Below are positions 12,872 to 26,612 of a stretch of 64,000 bases of DNA, in pieces. The stretch comes from Mobula birostris (lineage: Eukaryota), in contig NC_092396.1 of assembly GCF_030028105.1 (NCBI RefSeq), positions 23,499,738 to 23,563,737 of the forward strand, read 5' to 3'. The stretch's first letter is position 1. Each line of letters opens with the position of its first letter. Both the position numbers and the translations under genes were made by a program. Under the pieces are notes generated by a model, which did no database searches, was not told the DNA's origin, and saw only the letters and a list, made by a program, of their open reading frames with translations.

Positions 12872-14564
12872 CTGGAAAACAGACACATGTTGAATGATAC
12901 CTTTAAAACTCTCCAGCTGAAAACCAGGTGCAGGCTCTACTGCTTCTATTTTAAAATGCAGAAATGCACAGGAGTCCATACTGAGCCATTAAGATATCTC
13001 AGACTGAATTGCTGGATAGTGTTTGGTGACAGCTAAGGTAATGTAATTCAACCCATTTTATACCAAGTGGGGGTGCGGGGTTCAGGATCGCTAATTTTTT
13101 TCCTGACAAATGCCAGAGGTCTAATTTTAAGTATGTGAGAGGAGCATGGAATCAGGCTCAAATGTAAAGCATGAAATGATTCAACAACACTCAATCAATA
13201 CAGCCCAATCCAGGGAGAATTATCACCTAGACAAGGTGCTTAGCAACTCTAAATCCTAGTCCAGAAAGAACAATATCTTCAGAAAAAGGACTAGAGAGAA
13301 AAGAAAGAGACCAATCAGGTTGCTGAACTTGTTCTATCAATATTCTATGTGAAATTTACATTTCAGCCATTTGGCCAAGAACACATAATAAGTATCAGAA
13401 TCTGTCCAATTTCATAATATTTCCAATTCAGCTTTAATGTGAAAACATCTGACAGTACAAGTATGTGTTCACTTCCATAGATGGTGACTGACTTGCTGAG
13501 ATCCTCCAGCATTTTGTGTGTTGATCTGCAGGACAATTATAGATTTGTCCTCATTAACTTGGCTGATAGCTAATATCTAATCAAAGCTGACTAACAGTGA
13601 AGCTGCTGATGAGTGCAGACCTATTTGTTGTGGTGGTAACAACGTGAGATTATTTTAAGAAAGTAAAGTATACTAAAACTACTGCTTCATTTACACTCAG
13701 TGACCTCTGCACCTGCTTGTTAATACAAATATCTAATCACCCAATCAAAATATGGCAGCAACTCAATGCATAAAAGCATGTCAGCTTTACAGAGAATGGT
13801 GTGAAAAACAAAAAAAAACATCCGGTGAGCAGCAGTTCTGTGGGCAAAAATGCCTTATTAATGAGGGAGGTCAGAGGAGAATGGCCACATGGGTTCAGGC
13901 TGACATGAAGCCAACAGTAATTCAAGTATTACAAATGGTGTGCAGAAGGGCATCTCTAAATGTACAACAGGTCAAACCTTGAAGTGGATGGGCTACAGCA
14001 ACAGAAAAAGCATAAATATACACTTAGTGGCCTCACAATTAGATACAGGAGGTACCTGATAAAGTATATATACCAATAAACACTCTGGTTAGAATTCACT
14101 TTCTGATCAGTTGAAAAAGGGATATCCAAATTTGCATTATTCATAAATTCCAGACTTCTTAATTGTAGACATTTTACTTTTGTCTTCAAATTCTCTCAGC
14201 TTCAAAAGAAAAACCAGTTTAACAAGTTAATTCCAGTTAACAAATATTTGACACTGGACTGAGATGTTCATCATGACCAGAAGACATACGAGCAGAATTA
14301 GGCCACTTGGTCCATTGAGTCTGTTCTACCATTCTACCTTGGCTGATTTATTCGTCAACATCATTCTCCTGCCTACTTCCCATAACCTTTGATGTGCTGA
14401 CTAATCAAGAACCTATCAACCTCTGATTTAAACATATATATACCCAATGACTTGGCCTCCACAGCCATCTGTAGTAATGAATTCTACAGATTCACTACCC
14501 TCAGGCTAAAGAAATTCCTCCTCATCTTTGTTCTAAATGAACCTTTCTCTTCTCCGAGGCTGTG

Positions 14565-15190
14565 TTTCCTTTGGAGCTTGTGGAGATTTGGCATGACATC
14601 TAAAATGTTGACAAACTTCTATAGATGTGTGGTAAAGAGTATATTGACTGGCTGCATCACAGCCTGGTATGGAAGCCCCAATGCCCTTGAACGAAAAATC
14701 CTATAAAAAGTAGTAGATACAGCCCACCCCACCATTGAGCACTTCACATGAAATGCTGTCGCAGGAGAGCAGCATCCATCATCAGGGACTCCCACCACTC
14801 AGGACCTGCTCTCTTCTCGCTGCTGCCATCAGGAAGAAGGTACAAGAGCCTCAGGAGTCACACCACCAGGTTCAGGAACAGTTACTACCTGTCAACCATC
14901 AGACTCTTGAACCAAAGGAGATAACTTCACTCAGCTTCACTTGCCCCATCATTAAGATGTTCCCACAATCAATGGACTCACTTTCAGGGACTCTCCGTCT
15001 AATGTTCTTGATATTTATTGCTTATTTATTTACTTCTTCATTTTTTATTTGCACAGTTGTTGTCTTCTGCACTTCGGTTGAACACCTAAGTTGGTGAGCT
15101 CTTTCACTGATTCTGTTATAACTATTATTCTATAGATATGTTGAGTATGCCCACAAGAAAATGAATCTCAGGGTTGTATATGGTGATTGA
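14565..15190 (+). mobile_element. Rex1/L2-type LINE 3' fragment nested in CR1
   Basis: TNFYRCVVKSILTGCITAWYG motif. Confidence 0.75.
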
Positions 15191-15209
15191 TATTTATATA
15201 TGTATGTAT

Positions 15210-15212
<3 letters not shown>

Positions 15213-15251
<39 letters not shown>
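15213..15251. repeat. (CA)n microsatellite
   Basis: About 19 CA units. Confidence 0.9.
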
Positions 15252-15254
<3 letters not shown>

Positions 15255-16255
15255 TGTGTGCGCACTTTTGAAAGTAATCTTCATTATCACTCTGCTCTCT
15301 GGTCCGAGACTCCCCCATGACAGGAAATATCCTCTGAACATCCACTCTATCTAGTCCTTTCAATATTCAGTAGGATTCAATGGGACTCCCCCCTGATTTT
15401 TACAGGCCCAGAGCCATTAATTGCTCCTCATATGCTAACCCTTTCATCCCTGGAGTCATTGTCATGAACCTCCTCTTGACCCTCTCCAATGCCAGTGCAT
15501 CTTTTCTTAGATAAGGGGCCCAAAACTGCTCACAATTCTCTGAGTGTGGTCTGACCAATGCCTTAAATTCTAGTCCTCTTGCTAACATTGCATTTACCTT
15601 CCTTATCACTGACTCAACCTGCAAGTTAACCTTTAAGGAACCCTACACGAGGACTCCCAAGTTCAGTTACACCTCTAATTTTTCAATTTTTTTTACAATT
15701 TAGAAAATAGTCTATGTCTTTAATCTTTCTACCAAAGTGCATGACCATACACTTTATTCCACCTGCCATTTTTGTGCCATTCTCTCAATCTGTGTAAATC
15801 CTCCTGCAGACTCCTTGCCTCCTCAACACTACCTACTCCTCCACTGCCTGCAAACTTGGCCACAAAGCCACCAATTCCATTATCCAAATCATTGACATGT
15901 AACATGAAAAGAAGTGATTCCCAAAACCAATCCCTGTGAACACCAGTAGTCAATAGCAGCCAAACAAAACCGGTCCCCTTTTTACCCGCTCTTTGCCTCC
16001 TGCCAGTCATCCAGTCTTCTATTCATGCTAGTATTTTTCCTGTAATACCACGGGTTCTTATCTTGTTAAGCAGCCTCATGTACAGTACCTTGTCAAAGGC
16101 CTTCTGAAAATCCAAGTAAACAACAAACACTGATTTTCCTTTGTCTATCCTACCTGTTATTTTCTCAAAGAATTCCAACAATTTTGTCAGGTAAGATTCT
16201 CTCTTAAGGAAACCATATTGACTCTGGCCTATTTTATCATGTGCCTCCAAGTACC

Positions 16256-16479
16256 GTAGCCAGCTGGTGGCATAGTGGCATCAGCGACGGACTTCGGAGC
16301 GAAGGCTCCCGAGTTCAAATCCAGCAGGCTCCCTTGCACGCTTTCCATCCGTGCTGGGTTGAGCGTCAAGCTAGCAACTCGGCCTTGTAAAAACAATAAA
16401 GCCTGCCAAAAAAAAACGCCGTCATGATGGCATCCTGATGACTCCACTCAGAGTTAAGGGCTTTCTTCTTCTTCTTCTT
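16256..16479 (+). mobile_element. tRNA-derived SINE with (TTC)n tail
   Basis: A box TGGCATAGTGG, B box GAGTTCAAATCC; TSD TCCAAGTACC at 16246-16255 and 16480-16489. Confidence 0.85.
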
Positions 16480-16768
16480 TCCAAGTACCATAAAACCTCA
16501 TCCTTAAGAATGGATTCTAATATGCTCCAAACCACTGAAGTCAGGCTAACTGGCCTATAATTTCTCTTCTTGTGCCCCCCTCCCTTCTTGAAGAGTGGTG
16601 TGACATTTGGGATTTTCCATTCCTCCGGAACCATTCTAAAGGCAAATAAATATGAGTTTAGAAATAACTGGCTCATCAGAGTCTGTGTGAACAACAATTT
16701 TAGACCTTGCCACATTATGTCTAACCTCAACCATATTAATGGGCTCAAAGTAAAATAAAACAACTCAC

Positions 16769-16878
16769 CCTCGTTAGTAATGTCTGTAGATCTTCCAAGT
16801 GAGCATATTCATTGAAAACACGCACTAATGTTTTAATGTACCAAGATCCCTCTCTTTTATCTCGCCAGGACACATAGC
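16769..16878 (-). CDS. CASP9: Caspase-9 exon 8 (YVSWRDKREGSWYIKTL...EDLQTLLTR)
   Basis: SWR..GSWY motif; 110 nt; tttag acceptor and gtgag donor. Confidence 0.95.
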
Positions 16879-16964
16879 CTAAAGAAAAATAATTAAACAC
16901 ATATGGAAAAAGTATAGTGCTACATCAAACTAAAGGAGAAATTTTAATTATAGGAAGATGAACT

Positions 16965-17255
16965 CCCAATCACGGCGTGACAAGTGCTACACCTCTGGCC
17001 TCACCACCACTCAAGGCCTGAAACAGCCTTTCCATGTGAGGTGACACTTCACCTGTGAGTCCGTCAGGATCATCTATTCCATCCAGTGCTCCCAATAAGG
17101 TCTCCTCTACATTGGTGGGTCATGATGTAGATTAGGGAACCACTTTGTCAAACACCTTGCTCTGTTTGCTGCAAAATGCAGGATCTTCTGGTGGCTACTT
17201 ATTTCAATTCAACTTTCCATTCCTATTCTGACATGTCTGTCCATGGTCTCCTTAT
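16965..17255 (+). mobile_element. Penelope GIY-YIG fragment
   Basis: cacttcacctgtgagtc...ctctacattggt similar to the other PLE copies. Confidence 0.65.
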
Positions 17256-17604
17256 TTATAAATAAGTATTATTTATTTAAAAATATTAGCTTTAAATATA
17301 ATTTATGAAAATGTACTTTTTATTCCCCATGATACAATTGCCACTAGCAAGATTTTTCAGTACTTATGCTCAAAAAACCACAAAGTTGTCTAATAAGACA
17401 AATGGAAAATATCAGCAATCAAGAGCTTGAAATGGAAAATGTTATATTTTTCAGCATTAATATTCATTTTTGCAATATTCGCAAAAATCCCATAAAATAT
17501 GTTATTGTTCTAGGCCAAAATGTGGATGTGTTGACATATACTTGGACCTATATTTAAAGATGAGCATATTATTCCAAAGTTATTAACTAGTTAAGTGAAA
17601 GTAC

Positions 17605-17781
17605 CTGGGAATGTAGAGTATGAAACTAAAATATCACTGGGAGTTGGTAAGCTTGATACTGCATCGGGCTCATCCCCTCCTTGAAAAGGGGTAGCATCAG
17701 TCTGTAAACTGGTAGTTTCAGAGAATTTACCAGGAGCACTATCGACTTCCTCCATTGTGTGGAATCCTTTGTCTTTCTGAT
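17605..17781 (-). CDS. CASP9: Caspase-9 exon 7 (intersubunit linker [31 protein letters not shown])
   Basis: ATPF IAP-binding motif and [15 protein letters not shown]; 177 nt, phase 1-1. Confidence 0.96.
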
Positions 17782-17949
17782 CTGCAAAAATGTAAAAGTT
17801 TAACACTTAATAAATTATTGACTGATATTTCAGCGAAGTTGCATACCCAAATATGATGCAAAAGAAATCTCTTTATTATAGCATTGCTCTCCCTTTCTGC
17901 AATACTGATCTGGATTCTTAACTTCCTCATCAGAAGACCTCAATCAGTG

Positions 17950-18915
17950 AGGATTGGTTGTGGTAACAACACCTTCTCCTCAATGAGGACTTCAAGGCTG
18001 TGTGCTTAGCTCCCTGCTCTACTCTCTATACACTGTGTGGCTAAGCTCAATTCCAACCCCATCTTCGAACTCGCTGACGACACTACTGCTGTAGGATAAA
18101 TCACAGGTCGTAGTGACTCAGCATACTGGAATAACATAGGACACTCAGTTGAGTGGTGCACAACAATAATCTCATTCAACACCAGCACATCTAAAGAGCT
18201 GATTGTTGCCTTCAGGAAGGGGAAGGAGATTGAACACGCACCAATTTACATTGGGGATTGGTGGTGGAAAGAGCAGTGTTAAATTCCTGGGCATTAACAA
18301 ATCAGATAAGCGGTCCTGGGCACAACAGATAAATGCAATAAATAAGAAAAGCACAACAGTGTCTTTATTTCCTAAGAGAAGGTTCAGTTTGTTACTGAAC
18401 ATTTAATAAATTTCTATAGGTAGAACGTTGAAAGTACCCTAACAGCAATATGAATGCACAGGAAAGAAAGAAGGTGCAGAGAGTCATGGGCTCTGAGCAG
18501 TACATCACACCCTATCCCCTCAAGAAGGCAACATTTATCAACAGATATCATTATCCAGGTCAAGACATCTGTACCTCCACTGGCCAGGAGGTACAGAAGC
18601 TCCACATCTCCAGGTTCAAGAACAGCTACTTTCCTTCAGCCGTAGCTTATGAACAAACTGGCAAACCCAAATCATTACAGCCTAGCAACACGGTGACCAC
18701 TTAGATCACTTGCACTAAAAGAGGTTTTTTTTTACTGTACTTCTAATTGTGTTTTTTGTAAAAATTGTATATAATTTGTGTTTAATATGTTTTTCTTGTG
18801 AATGCTCCATAAGTGATGCTGCTACATGCAAGTTTTTCATTTAACTTGTGCGCGCGCATGCACACTCACACACCCTCACACTTGTGCATATGGCAATAAA
18901 CTTGACTTTGACTTT
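17950..18915 (+). mobile_element. Decayed Rex1/L2-type LINE 3' fragment
   Basis: ELADDTT, SRFKNSYFPSA motifs; aataaa and gacttt tail. Confidence 0.65.
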
Positions 18916-19330
18916 TAATACTCTCCATCTACCGCTGCTCTTTCACCTCTGATTCCCAAGTTGTGAGAAGGACAGTCTCATGGAGAGATACAAGTGAAAC
19001 TCAAATGGATACAAGACAAATGGACACAATGAAGCAGTAGGTAAAGAAGTCAAGAATAATAATAAACAGCAAAAGGAATTTTGTGAAGAACATGAGAGTG
19101 ATCCAGCAAGAACTATACAACAGGCAGTAAAAGCTTCCATGGATATTAACAAAAATGTTAAATTTGAATCCCTTTCGTAGACTGAGTAAGGAAAAATTAT
19201 CCTAGAGAAGCAAAGTGGCAGGGAAGTTAAAAAAAAATTTTATGCATGTCTTCATTAAAGATAGAAAAATCTCCTGGAAATAATGAGAATAACAGGTCTG
19301 CTATGAATTAGAACTGACAGAACATTAGTA

Positions 19331-20223
19331 CAGATTGAACACACTTTGTCCAAAGTGCTTGAAACTGGAAATGTTTCAGATTTCAATTCTGCAATATTTG
19401 CATCTATATAATGCAATAACTTGGGGATGGAACCCAAGTCTAAACACGAAATCCATTTACATTAGATATACAGCTCATCTACAGCTGGTGTGAACCTCAC
19501 AGAGTAAACAGACGGCAATTGAAGCAGTCTGACTCGATGGAGCTGGGTCAGAGTTGAATGACTGCCCTCAACGCTATTATTGGATTCATATCTGCCATCG
19601 ATTTCAAACAGCCACCCATTCCACAGCAAGAAAGGAGGGGGTAGTTTATAAAATATTTTTAATAATTCTGTGCGTGAAACAATAACGTGTACATTGAATC
19701 ATCAGAAAGGTAAGCTATCACTACCTCAGCCACCAGGTGGACAGTCAGTGGCTGCTTGGCATCACTATCATTCCCGACTCTGAATTTATGTGTTACCAGT
19801 ACGCAGACTTTGTCTTATACTTGTTCATCACACATTTTTTGCTGATACAACCGATCAGCGTGTAGATTTTCATCAGTGACGATCTTGGAAAACTCATCAG
19901 TGAATTTCTCTGCTGCTTTGTCATCTTTAAAATCTTTAAAAAGTTAACACAGTGCTCTGAAAAAATCCCCCTTTCATGATCGAGATCTTCATTTTTCACT
20001 TTATGCAGTGTTTTTTTCATTAACTTCTGTCATTTCATAGGTGAGGTCAGAACTGTCGAACACCTCAGAACTATCTGTGGTATACAGAAATCTGTGCATC
20101 GTCTAGAATCTTCCCAGCACCTTGTGGAATTTTCCATTTGTGACGTCATGTTCAGCATTCAAAAAATTCAGTTTTTGGAGGTTTTCAGATTTTGTAATAT
20201 TGGAAAAGGGGTGTTCAACCTTG
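19331..20223 (-). mobile_element. Tigger4-like (pogo family) internally deleted DNA transposon
   Basis: TA-flanked TIRs cagattgaacac / gtgttcaaccttg; ORF fragment MKKTLHKVKNEDLD resembles Tigger/JRK-type transposase. Confidence 0.6.
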
Positions 20224-21023
20224 TAAGTAAAAATACAATGGTACTGAACGCCAGTGGATCTCCAGACTGTACCTTGAGCCTTGGAAGAGGTGGTGACTGA
20301 GATTATGTATGCATTGATTGTCTTCTTCCAAAATTCCAGAAGTAATAGAGTAGTTTCCATCAACTTCTACTGTTTATTAAAGAAGGGAGGGAGGGAGGAA
20401 GTGGGAACCATAGACATGTTTGTCTGACATCAATATTAGATAAAATTCTAGAATCTATGACTAAAGGCATTTAGACGATAATGCCACGCATGGACTGAGT
20501 TGACGCAGAATAATGAAAGGAAAATATATTTGATAAATGTATTAAAGTTTTGAGAGGCTACAACCACCAAATTAGTTAAGGAGGAAACCAGCAGATGTGA
20601 CGTTTATCAATATATATTGCCACACATAAAGTTAGACTCTAGAGTTGCAAGGGGATAGGAAACGGAGTGACAGAATGCCAGAACAGATAGTGGAGTGGTT
20701 GTGAACAAAGATGCTGTTAACCCTACATACAAAGTCAGGAATCAAAAGGTCATGCATGATGGGACTAATGCTCTGAGCTATGCATATTTCAATATAAGGA
20801 GTACAGTAGGAAAGGTGGATAAGCTTAGGGCATGGATCAGCATGTGGAATTATGACACTGTAGCCATAAGTGAGACCTGGTAGCAGGAGGGGCAGGACTG
20901 GCAGCTCAATGTTTCATGCTTACATTGTTTTGGACATTATAGAGCAGGAGGGATTAAAGGGAGAGGGGTGGCATTACTAGACGCAGCAGTGCTCAGTCCT
21001 GTTCCTGCATTACTTTCATGATA

Positions 21024-22599
21024 CAGGTGTCCCCCGCTTTTCGAACGTTTGCTTTACGAAACCTCGCTGTTACGAAAGACCTACATTAGTTACCTGGTTT
21101 TGCTAACAGAAGGTGTTTTCACTGTTACAAAAAAAGGCAGCGCGTGCCCCAAGCAGTCAAGCTCCTCCCCCGGAACTGCATTCTAGTTGGCATTGCCTAA
21201 ACACGTGCCTGTGAGCATCTGTGCTTTATCTCAATTTATTTTGAGCATCCATTAGCAAGGTGAGTTCTAAAGTATTGGAAAAGCCTAAAAGAGCTCGTAA
21301 AGGTGTTACACTTAGCGTAAAACTAGACATAATTAAGCATTTCCAGCGTGGTGAATAAAGTAAGGACAAAGTGAGTTTGGCTTGTGGAAGTTGATGAAGA
21401 TGATGTTGAAGAGGTTTTGGCATCCCATGACCAAGAACTGATAGATGAAAAGCTGATGCAATTGGAAGAGGAAACCAAATGCAGTAGTGAACAGACCGAA
21501 AGTGAAGTCGTCCAGGAACTGAACATGAAGCAACTGCGTGAGGTTTTCACTGCAATGATTGCAGAAAAGTACGATTTTAATTTTGAAAGGGTACTTCGGT
21601 TTAGGGCATATTTGCAGGATGGTTTGAGTGCTTACAAAGAACTGTATGATAGAAAAATGCGCGAGACTAAGCAATCAAGCATACTGTCATTTTTCAAGCC
21701 TTCCACCTCAGCCACAGCAGACGATGAACCTCGACCTTCGACATCGAGGCAGGCAGACATAGAAGAAGAAGACCTGCCTGCCCTGATGGAAACAGACGAC
21801 GATGAGATGACACCCCAGTGTCCCACCACCCCAAACTCCGGGCCGCGGACTGATACCGATTCACGAAGTGTGCAACGGTAGCCAGGACACACCCAGCACA
21901 TCTTTAAGAAAAAAGCCAAAATAAACAAGCTAATTAATTAGGTGCCGCCTGGCACCTAAATGTTGGCCCAGATCAGAGGTGACCACTTATTAATTAGCTT
22001 GTTTATTTCGGCTTTTTTCTTAAAGATGTGCTGGGTGCGTCCCGGCTACCGCTGCATGCTTCGTGGATCGGTATCAGTCCGCAGCCTGGAGGTTGGGGAC
22101 CACTGCACCACCCCAACCTCCGACAACTCAGCCTAACACACCATCATCAGTGTGCTCGGCGCTGTCTTCCCGACTCCGGTAAGTAATACTACACTGTACA
22201 TACATTATTTCTACGTTATATAGACTGTGTATTTTTATGTGTTATTTGGTATGATTTGGCAGCTTCATAGCTTAAAGGTTACTGGAGAGAGTGTTACTGC
22301 CGACAGCACTTGCGTGAGATTTTCGCTACGGTGGACAGCGCGGCAATGATTGTAGAAAAGTATTTCTACTTTATATAGGCTGTGTATTTATCATACCATT
22401 CCTGCTTTTACTACATGTTACTGTTATTTTAGGTTTTGTGTGTTATTTGGCATGATTTGGTAGGTTATTTTTTGGATCTGTGAACGCTCACAAACTTTTC
22501 CCATATAAATAAATGGTAATTGTTTCTTCACTTTACGACATTCCGGCTTACGAACCATTTCATAGGAACGCTCTACCTTCGGATGGCAGGGGAAGCCTG
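21024..22599 (+). mobile_element. Tigger/pogo-like non-autonomous DNA transposon with an internal long palindrome
   Basis: TA-CAGG...CCTG-TA termini; HTH remnant RKGVTLSVKLDIIKHFQRGE fused to acidic C-terminus with PIP box QSSILSFF (ORF 21384..21881); DDE core absent. Confidence 0.8.
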
Positions 22600-23023
22600 T
22601 ATCAGCAAAGCTAATTTCTGCTGGTTTGGTTGAAGCAGTCAAACTCCTAAGCAAACTCTATGCCTTTAAATACAATGCACTCATCAAAACTGGTACTTGT
22701 TTCTCATTGGCTATTCCATTTGATTTAAAATACTGCTCAATCCATTAAGTATACAAAATCCAGTTACCTGTTGTGTAATTAAACGTGCCAATCTTTCCGA
22801 TGTAGGCAGGCATTTCTGCAGTTTATTTTAAATGATTATTGTCACCTAGCACTCACTGTTTATGAACCCATGAATTCTTCTGTTTTTCTAACTTTTTATT
22901 AACTTGATCGCGTCTTCCCTTCCGAAAACACCTACTGCACTGCTTTTTTTTGAAACTCAACTATTTTGCTGTGCTCTTTTAAAACTCAAACATCGGTTCA
23001 TTTTGAAAATTCCTTGACACCAC

Positions 23024-23255
23024 TGTTATATTTTGTAACTCCACAACATTAAACTAATTTGAAAGGAAAGGAGAGGAACCCAAGAGATGCAAGTCTTAGT
23101 TTGTGTTTACTTTAAGCGAAGTGCAAACATGGTAACATCATGACGTACGCAATTCACATATTTTTATATATAACTATAATGAATTCTATAAACAACAAAG
23201 AATGCTTAATCAAACAATATATTTACAAGATTACTCAAATATTAAATACACAATA
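23024..23255. mobile_element. Possible short solo LTR or AT-rich repeat
   Basis: TGTTATATTT start and aaatacacaa(t)a end are roughly inverted. Confidence 0.3.
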
Positions 23256-23723
23256 TATTTTCAAATGGAGTTGAATAAGCTTATTGAGTCCCTTCTCAGA
23301 CCTTTCTGTTGTTCCACTGCAAGTGTTGTTCCACCTTTGTAATTCTTTGTACCCATTGACTAGGTTATTTAATTGTGAACCCATCTTTTGGTTCAGGAAT
23401 AACAAATGGTGTTGTATAAGGAAAGGCAGTATGTTTGTTCACTTGAAAGTTTATTTTGGTTTTACAACAAGTAATAGCTAAACTGCTATTCCTGTAAAAT
23501 TTGAATTCATTTTTTCTTGATTGTTAACCTGGGACACTGAGTTATTATGCCTCTACAGTTCTTGATTGCAAATATTTTGATACTGATATTACAGTTTAAG
23601 GCTATAGACAGATGGGGATTTGAACTAAAATTGAGAACAGAGCTTGACTGGATTAATTCTCAGATAAGGTCACCATCCCTTCAATAGTAACTTAGACTAA
23701 TTTTTTTCCAACTGTTAACCTAC

Positions 23724-23874
23724 CTCCACCACAAGCTTGAAGGAAGAATATTTTGGGCTTTTCACGCAATGTTAGACTGTGCGAGCCATCAAAGAAGCTG
23801 ACGATGTGTTGCACTGCCACGGGGACTCTTCCATCCACTCCATATATTGCACCTGGAAATTGTCTATGTTGAGC
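23724..23874 (-). CDS. CASP9: Caspase-9 exon 6 ([10 protein letters not shown]...[12 protein letters not shown], catalytic Cys)
   Basis: QACGG pentapeptide typical of caspase-9; 151 nt, ends phase 1. Confidence 0.96.
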
Positions 23875-24974
23875 CTGAGTATAGAAACACATGTATAACT
23901 TTAATCATTATACAAGGCCAACAATGACCTAAATCCAAGAAAAGTGGCTAATTTAATTTCTAACAAATTATTAACTCATCCTTTGCTAATATTATTGCAA
24001 ATAAATTACTTATAAACAGTAGTTTATAAGTAAGCATGTCAAAGGGCAAAGTTGGGTTTTACGGGAAATGCAGAATAACAGAACGTTGCAATGGGGAAGC
24101 CTTTTGAGGATGAGCTAAGTTACACTGATGGAGTGATATGGAAGAAAACAGAGATTTACTCTGTATTTTCCTCACATTGGACCTGACATAGCTGTGCTTC
24201 ATAAGAACCAAAAATTATAAAGCTTCTTGATCCCAATGCAAATATTCACCTGTCCAATGAGGACAAGTGTAAAGAAGATTCTATATGTAGATTGACAGTT
24301 ATAAATATCAGTCAAATAAAGGCATATTCTATACACTACTGGTACTTTCCCCCTTTTTTCCCCCGAGATGGTCCATCCAGATTATCCATCATTTAACAAT
24401 TGAAGTGATAATGCAGCTGAACTAAACTCTTTAACAAATATACCAGGGAATATACCATGAAGAATTGAGCTCTACTTTTTTTGTGCTGGTTTGTTGAATT
24501 TTTAACATAGACATAGCTCCCCTTATTTTTCGACTCAGTTAAAGAAAAATTTTCATTCAAGTAGGCAAAAAGCACAATGTTGTTCTGAAATAGTAACATT
24601 AGATAAGTAAATGTTTAGGATGCAAAATTTTGATTGAAATATAATGAAGTAAGAAATCTAATCGGTATCAAAAAGATTATCCAAATCTTAATCTAGTCTC
24701 TGACAGACATTGACAATCCTGCAATCCATTTCCAGTATTCTGTTTTCACTTCACTTCCTTTAAAATGCTTTATGTAAGAATTTAATGTTTCTTACCTTGC
24801 TGGTGACAGTGTCCTTTGCAGCAATTAAAAAAAAGGCATCTTCAGATATTTGGGAACCATATAATTATAGTGGATTTTGTAATTACGTTGGTGCATAAAG
24901 GTTAAGATATCTTAGGTACTGGTGACAATACCATATTGCACACAATAATAGTTATTTTGAATAGTTATTTGTTG

Positions 24975-26299
24975 GAGAAGATCCCGAGAGGTAGGATCTA
25001 TGAGCATTGAAGAGACATAATCTGATTAGGGATTGTCAGCAGGGCTTTGTCAAGGGGAGGTTGTGCCCAGCAAGCCTGATTGAATTCTTTGAGGATGTAA
25101 CAAAATACATTGATGAAGGTAGAGCAATAGATGTAGTGTATATGGTTTTCAGTAAGGCATTTGATAAGGTTCCCCATGCAAATCTCATTCAGAAAGTAAG
25201 GAGGCATGGGATCCAAGGAGACCTTGCTTTGTGGATCCACAATTGGCTTGCCCACAGAAGGCAAAGGGTGGTTGTAGATGGTTCATATTCTGCATGGAGG
25301 ACAATGACCAGTGGTGTTCCACAAGGATCTGTTCTGGGACCCCTTCTCTTTGTGATTTTTATAAATGACCTGGATGTGGAAGTAGAAGGGTAGGTTAGTA
25401 AGTTTGCTGATGACACAAATGTTGGGGGTGTTATAGACAGTCTGGAGGGTTCTCAGAGGTTACACCAGGACATCAATATGATGCAAAACTGGGCTGAGAA
25501 GTGGCAGATGGAGTTCAACCCACATAAGTGTGAAGTAGTTTATTTCCGTAGGTCAAATTTAAAGGCGGAATATAATATTAATGGTAAGATTCTTGGTAGT
25601 GTGGAGGATCAGAGAGATCTTGGAGTCCGTGTCCATAGGACACTCAAAGCTGCTGCGCAGGTTGACAGTGTTATTGAGAAGGCGTATGGTGTGGTAGTCT
25701 TCATCAACTGTGGGATTGAGTTCAAGAGCCATGAGGTAATGTTACAACTATATAAGACCTTAGTTAGACCCCACTTGGAGTACTGTATTCAGTTCTGGTC
25801 ACTTCACTACAGGAAGGATGTGGATACTATAGAGAGTGCAGAGGAGATTTACAAGGATGTTGACTGTATTGGAGAGCAGGCCTTATGAGAATTGGTTGAG
25901 TGAACTTGGTCTTTTCTTCTCGGAGTGACGGAGGATGAGAGGTGACCTGATAGAAGTGTATAAGATGATGAGAGGATAGCCAGAGGCTCTTTCCCCAGGG
26001 CTGAAATGGCTAACATGAGGGAGCATAGTTTTAAGGTGCTTGGAAGTAGGTACAAGGGGGCTGTCAGAGTTAAGTTTTTCACAGAGTGGTGGGTGCCTGG
26101 AATGCACTGCCAGCGACAGTGGTAGAGACGGATAAAATAGGGTCTTTTAAGAGACTCTTAGATAGGTACATGAAGCTTAGAAAAATAAATTTTCCTATGC
26201 AGTAGGAAAATTCTAGGCAGCCTCTAGAGTAAGTTACATGGTCGGCACAACATTGTGAGCCGAAGGGACTGTAATGTGCTGTAGATTTCTATGTTCTAT
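24975..26299 (+). mobile_element. CR1 LINE RT/3' fragment in CASP9 intron 5
   Basis: [30 protein letters not shown] motifs; ttctatgttctat tail. Confidence 0.9.
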
Positions 26300-26522
26300 T
26301 ATGAGTCAGATTCAGCAGGAATGGAACAAAATAAGGGATCCAAAACATAGAAGGTAAATAACTCAATTTGTAGTATAACTTAAAGTCAAAGAAAAAACAG
26401 CTAAACACTTGAACACAGATGAAACAAAAACAGAAACGCATCCTTAATAATTCACATAATAGTGGCCCACAGAAATTCATGCAGCAACACCACCTATTAC
26501 TGAGGTCAAGATCATAACTAAC

Positions 26523-26612
26523 CTGATTGCCATGCGAAAGAATAACTACAACACAACAATCAAAATGTGTATGGTCCTTACTCGCCAGGCTTTTCAGTTC
26601 GTTCAACATACA
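26523..26612 (-). CDS. CASP9: Caspase-9 exon 5 (DH..DCCVVVILSHG, catalytic His)
   Basis: 90 nt; ILSHG motif; cag acceptor and gttagt donor. Confidence 0.95.

Larger units (their letters stand above)
14275..16640 (-). mobile_element. Decayed CR1 LINE RT/3' end in CASP9 intron 8, interrupted by a Rex1-type fragment and a SINE
   Basis: YLDFQKAFDKV, NYRPVSLTSVV motifs on the minus strand. Confidence 0.85.

Noticed and set aside
16258-16335. tRNA gene
   Set aside because: Has A and B boxes but continues into a SINE body with a TTC tail and TSD, so it is a SINE head.
21384-21881. Domesticated TIGD-type host gene
   Set aside because: No ATG start, no DDE domain, and still bounded by TIRs and TA duplications.
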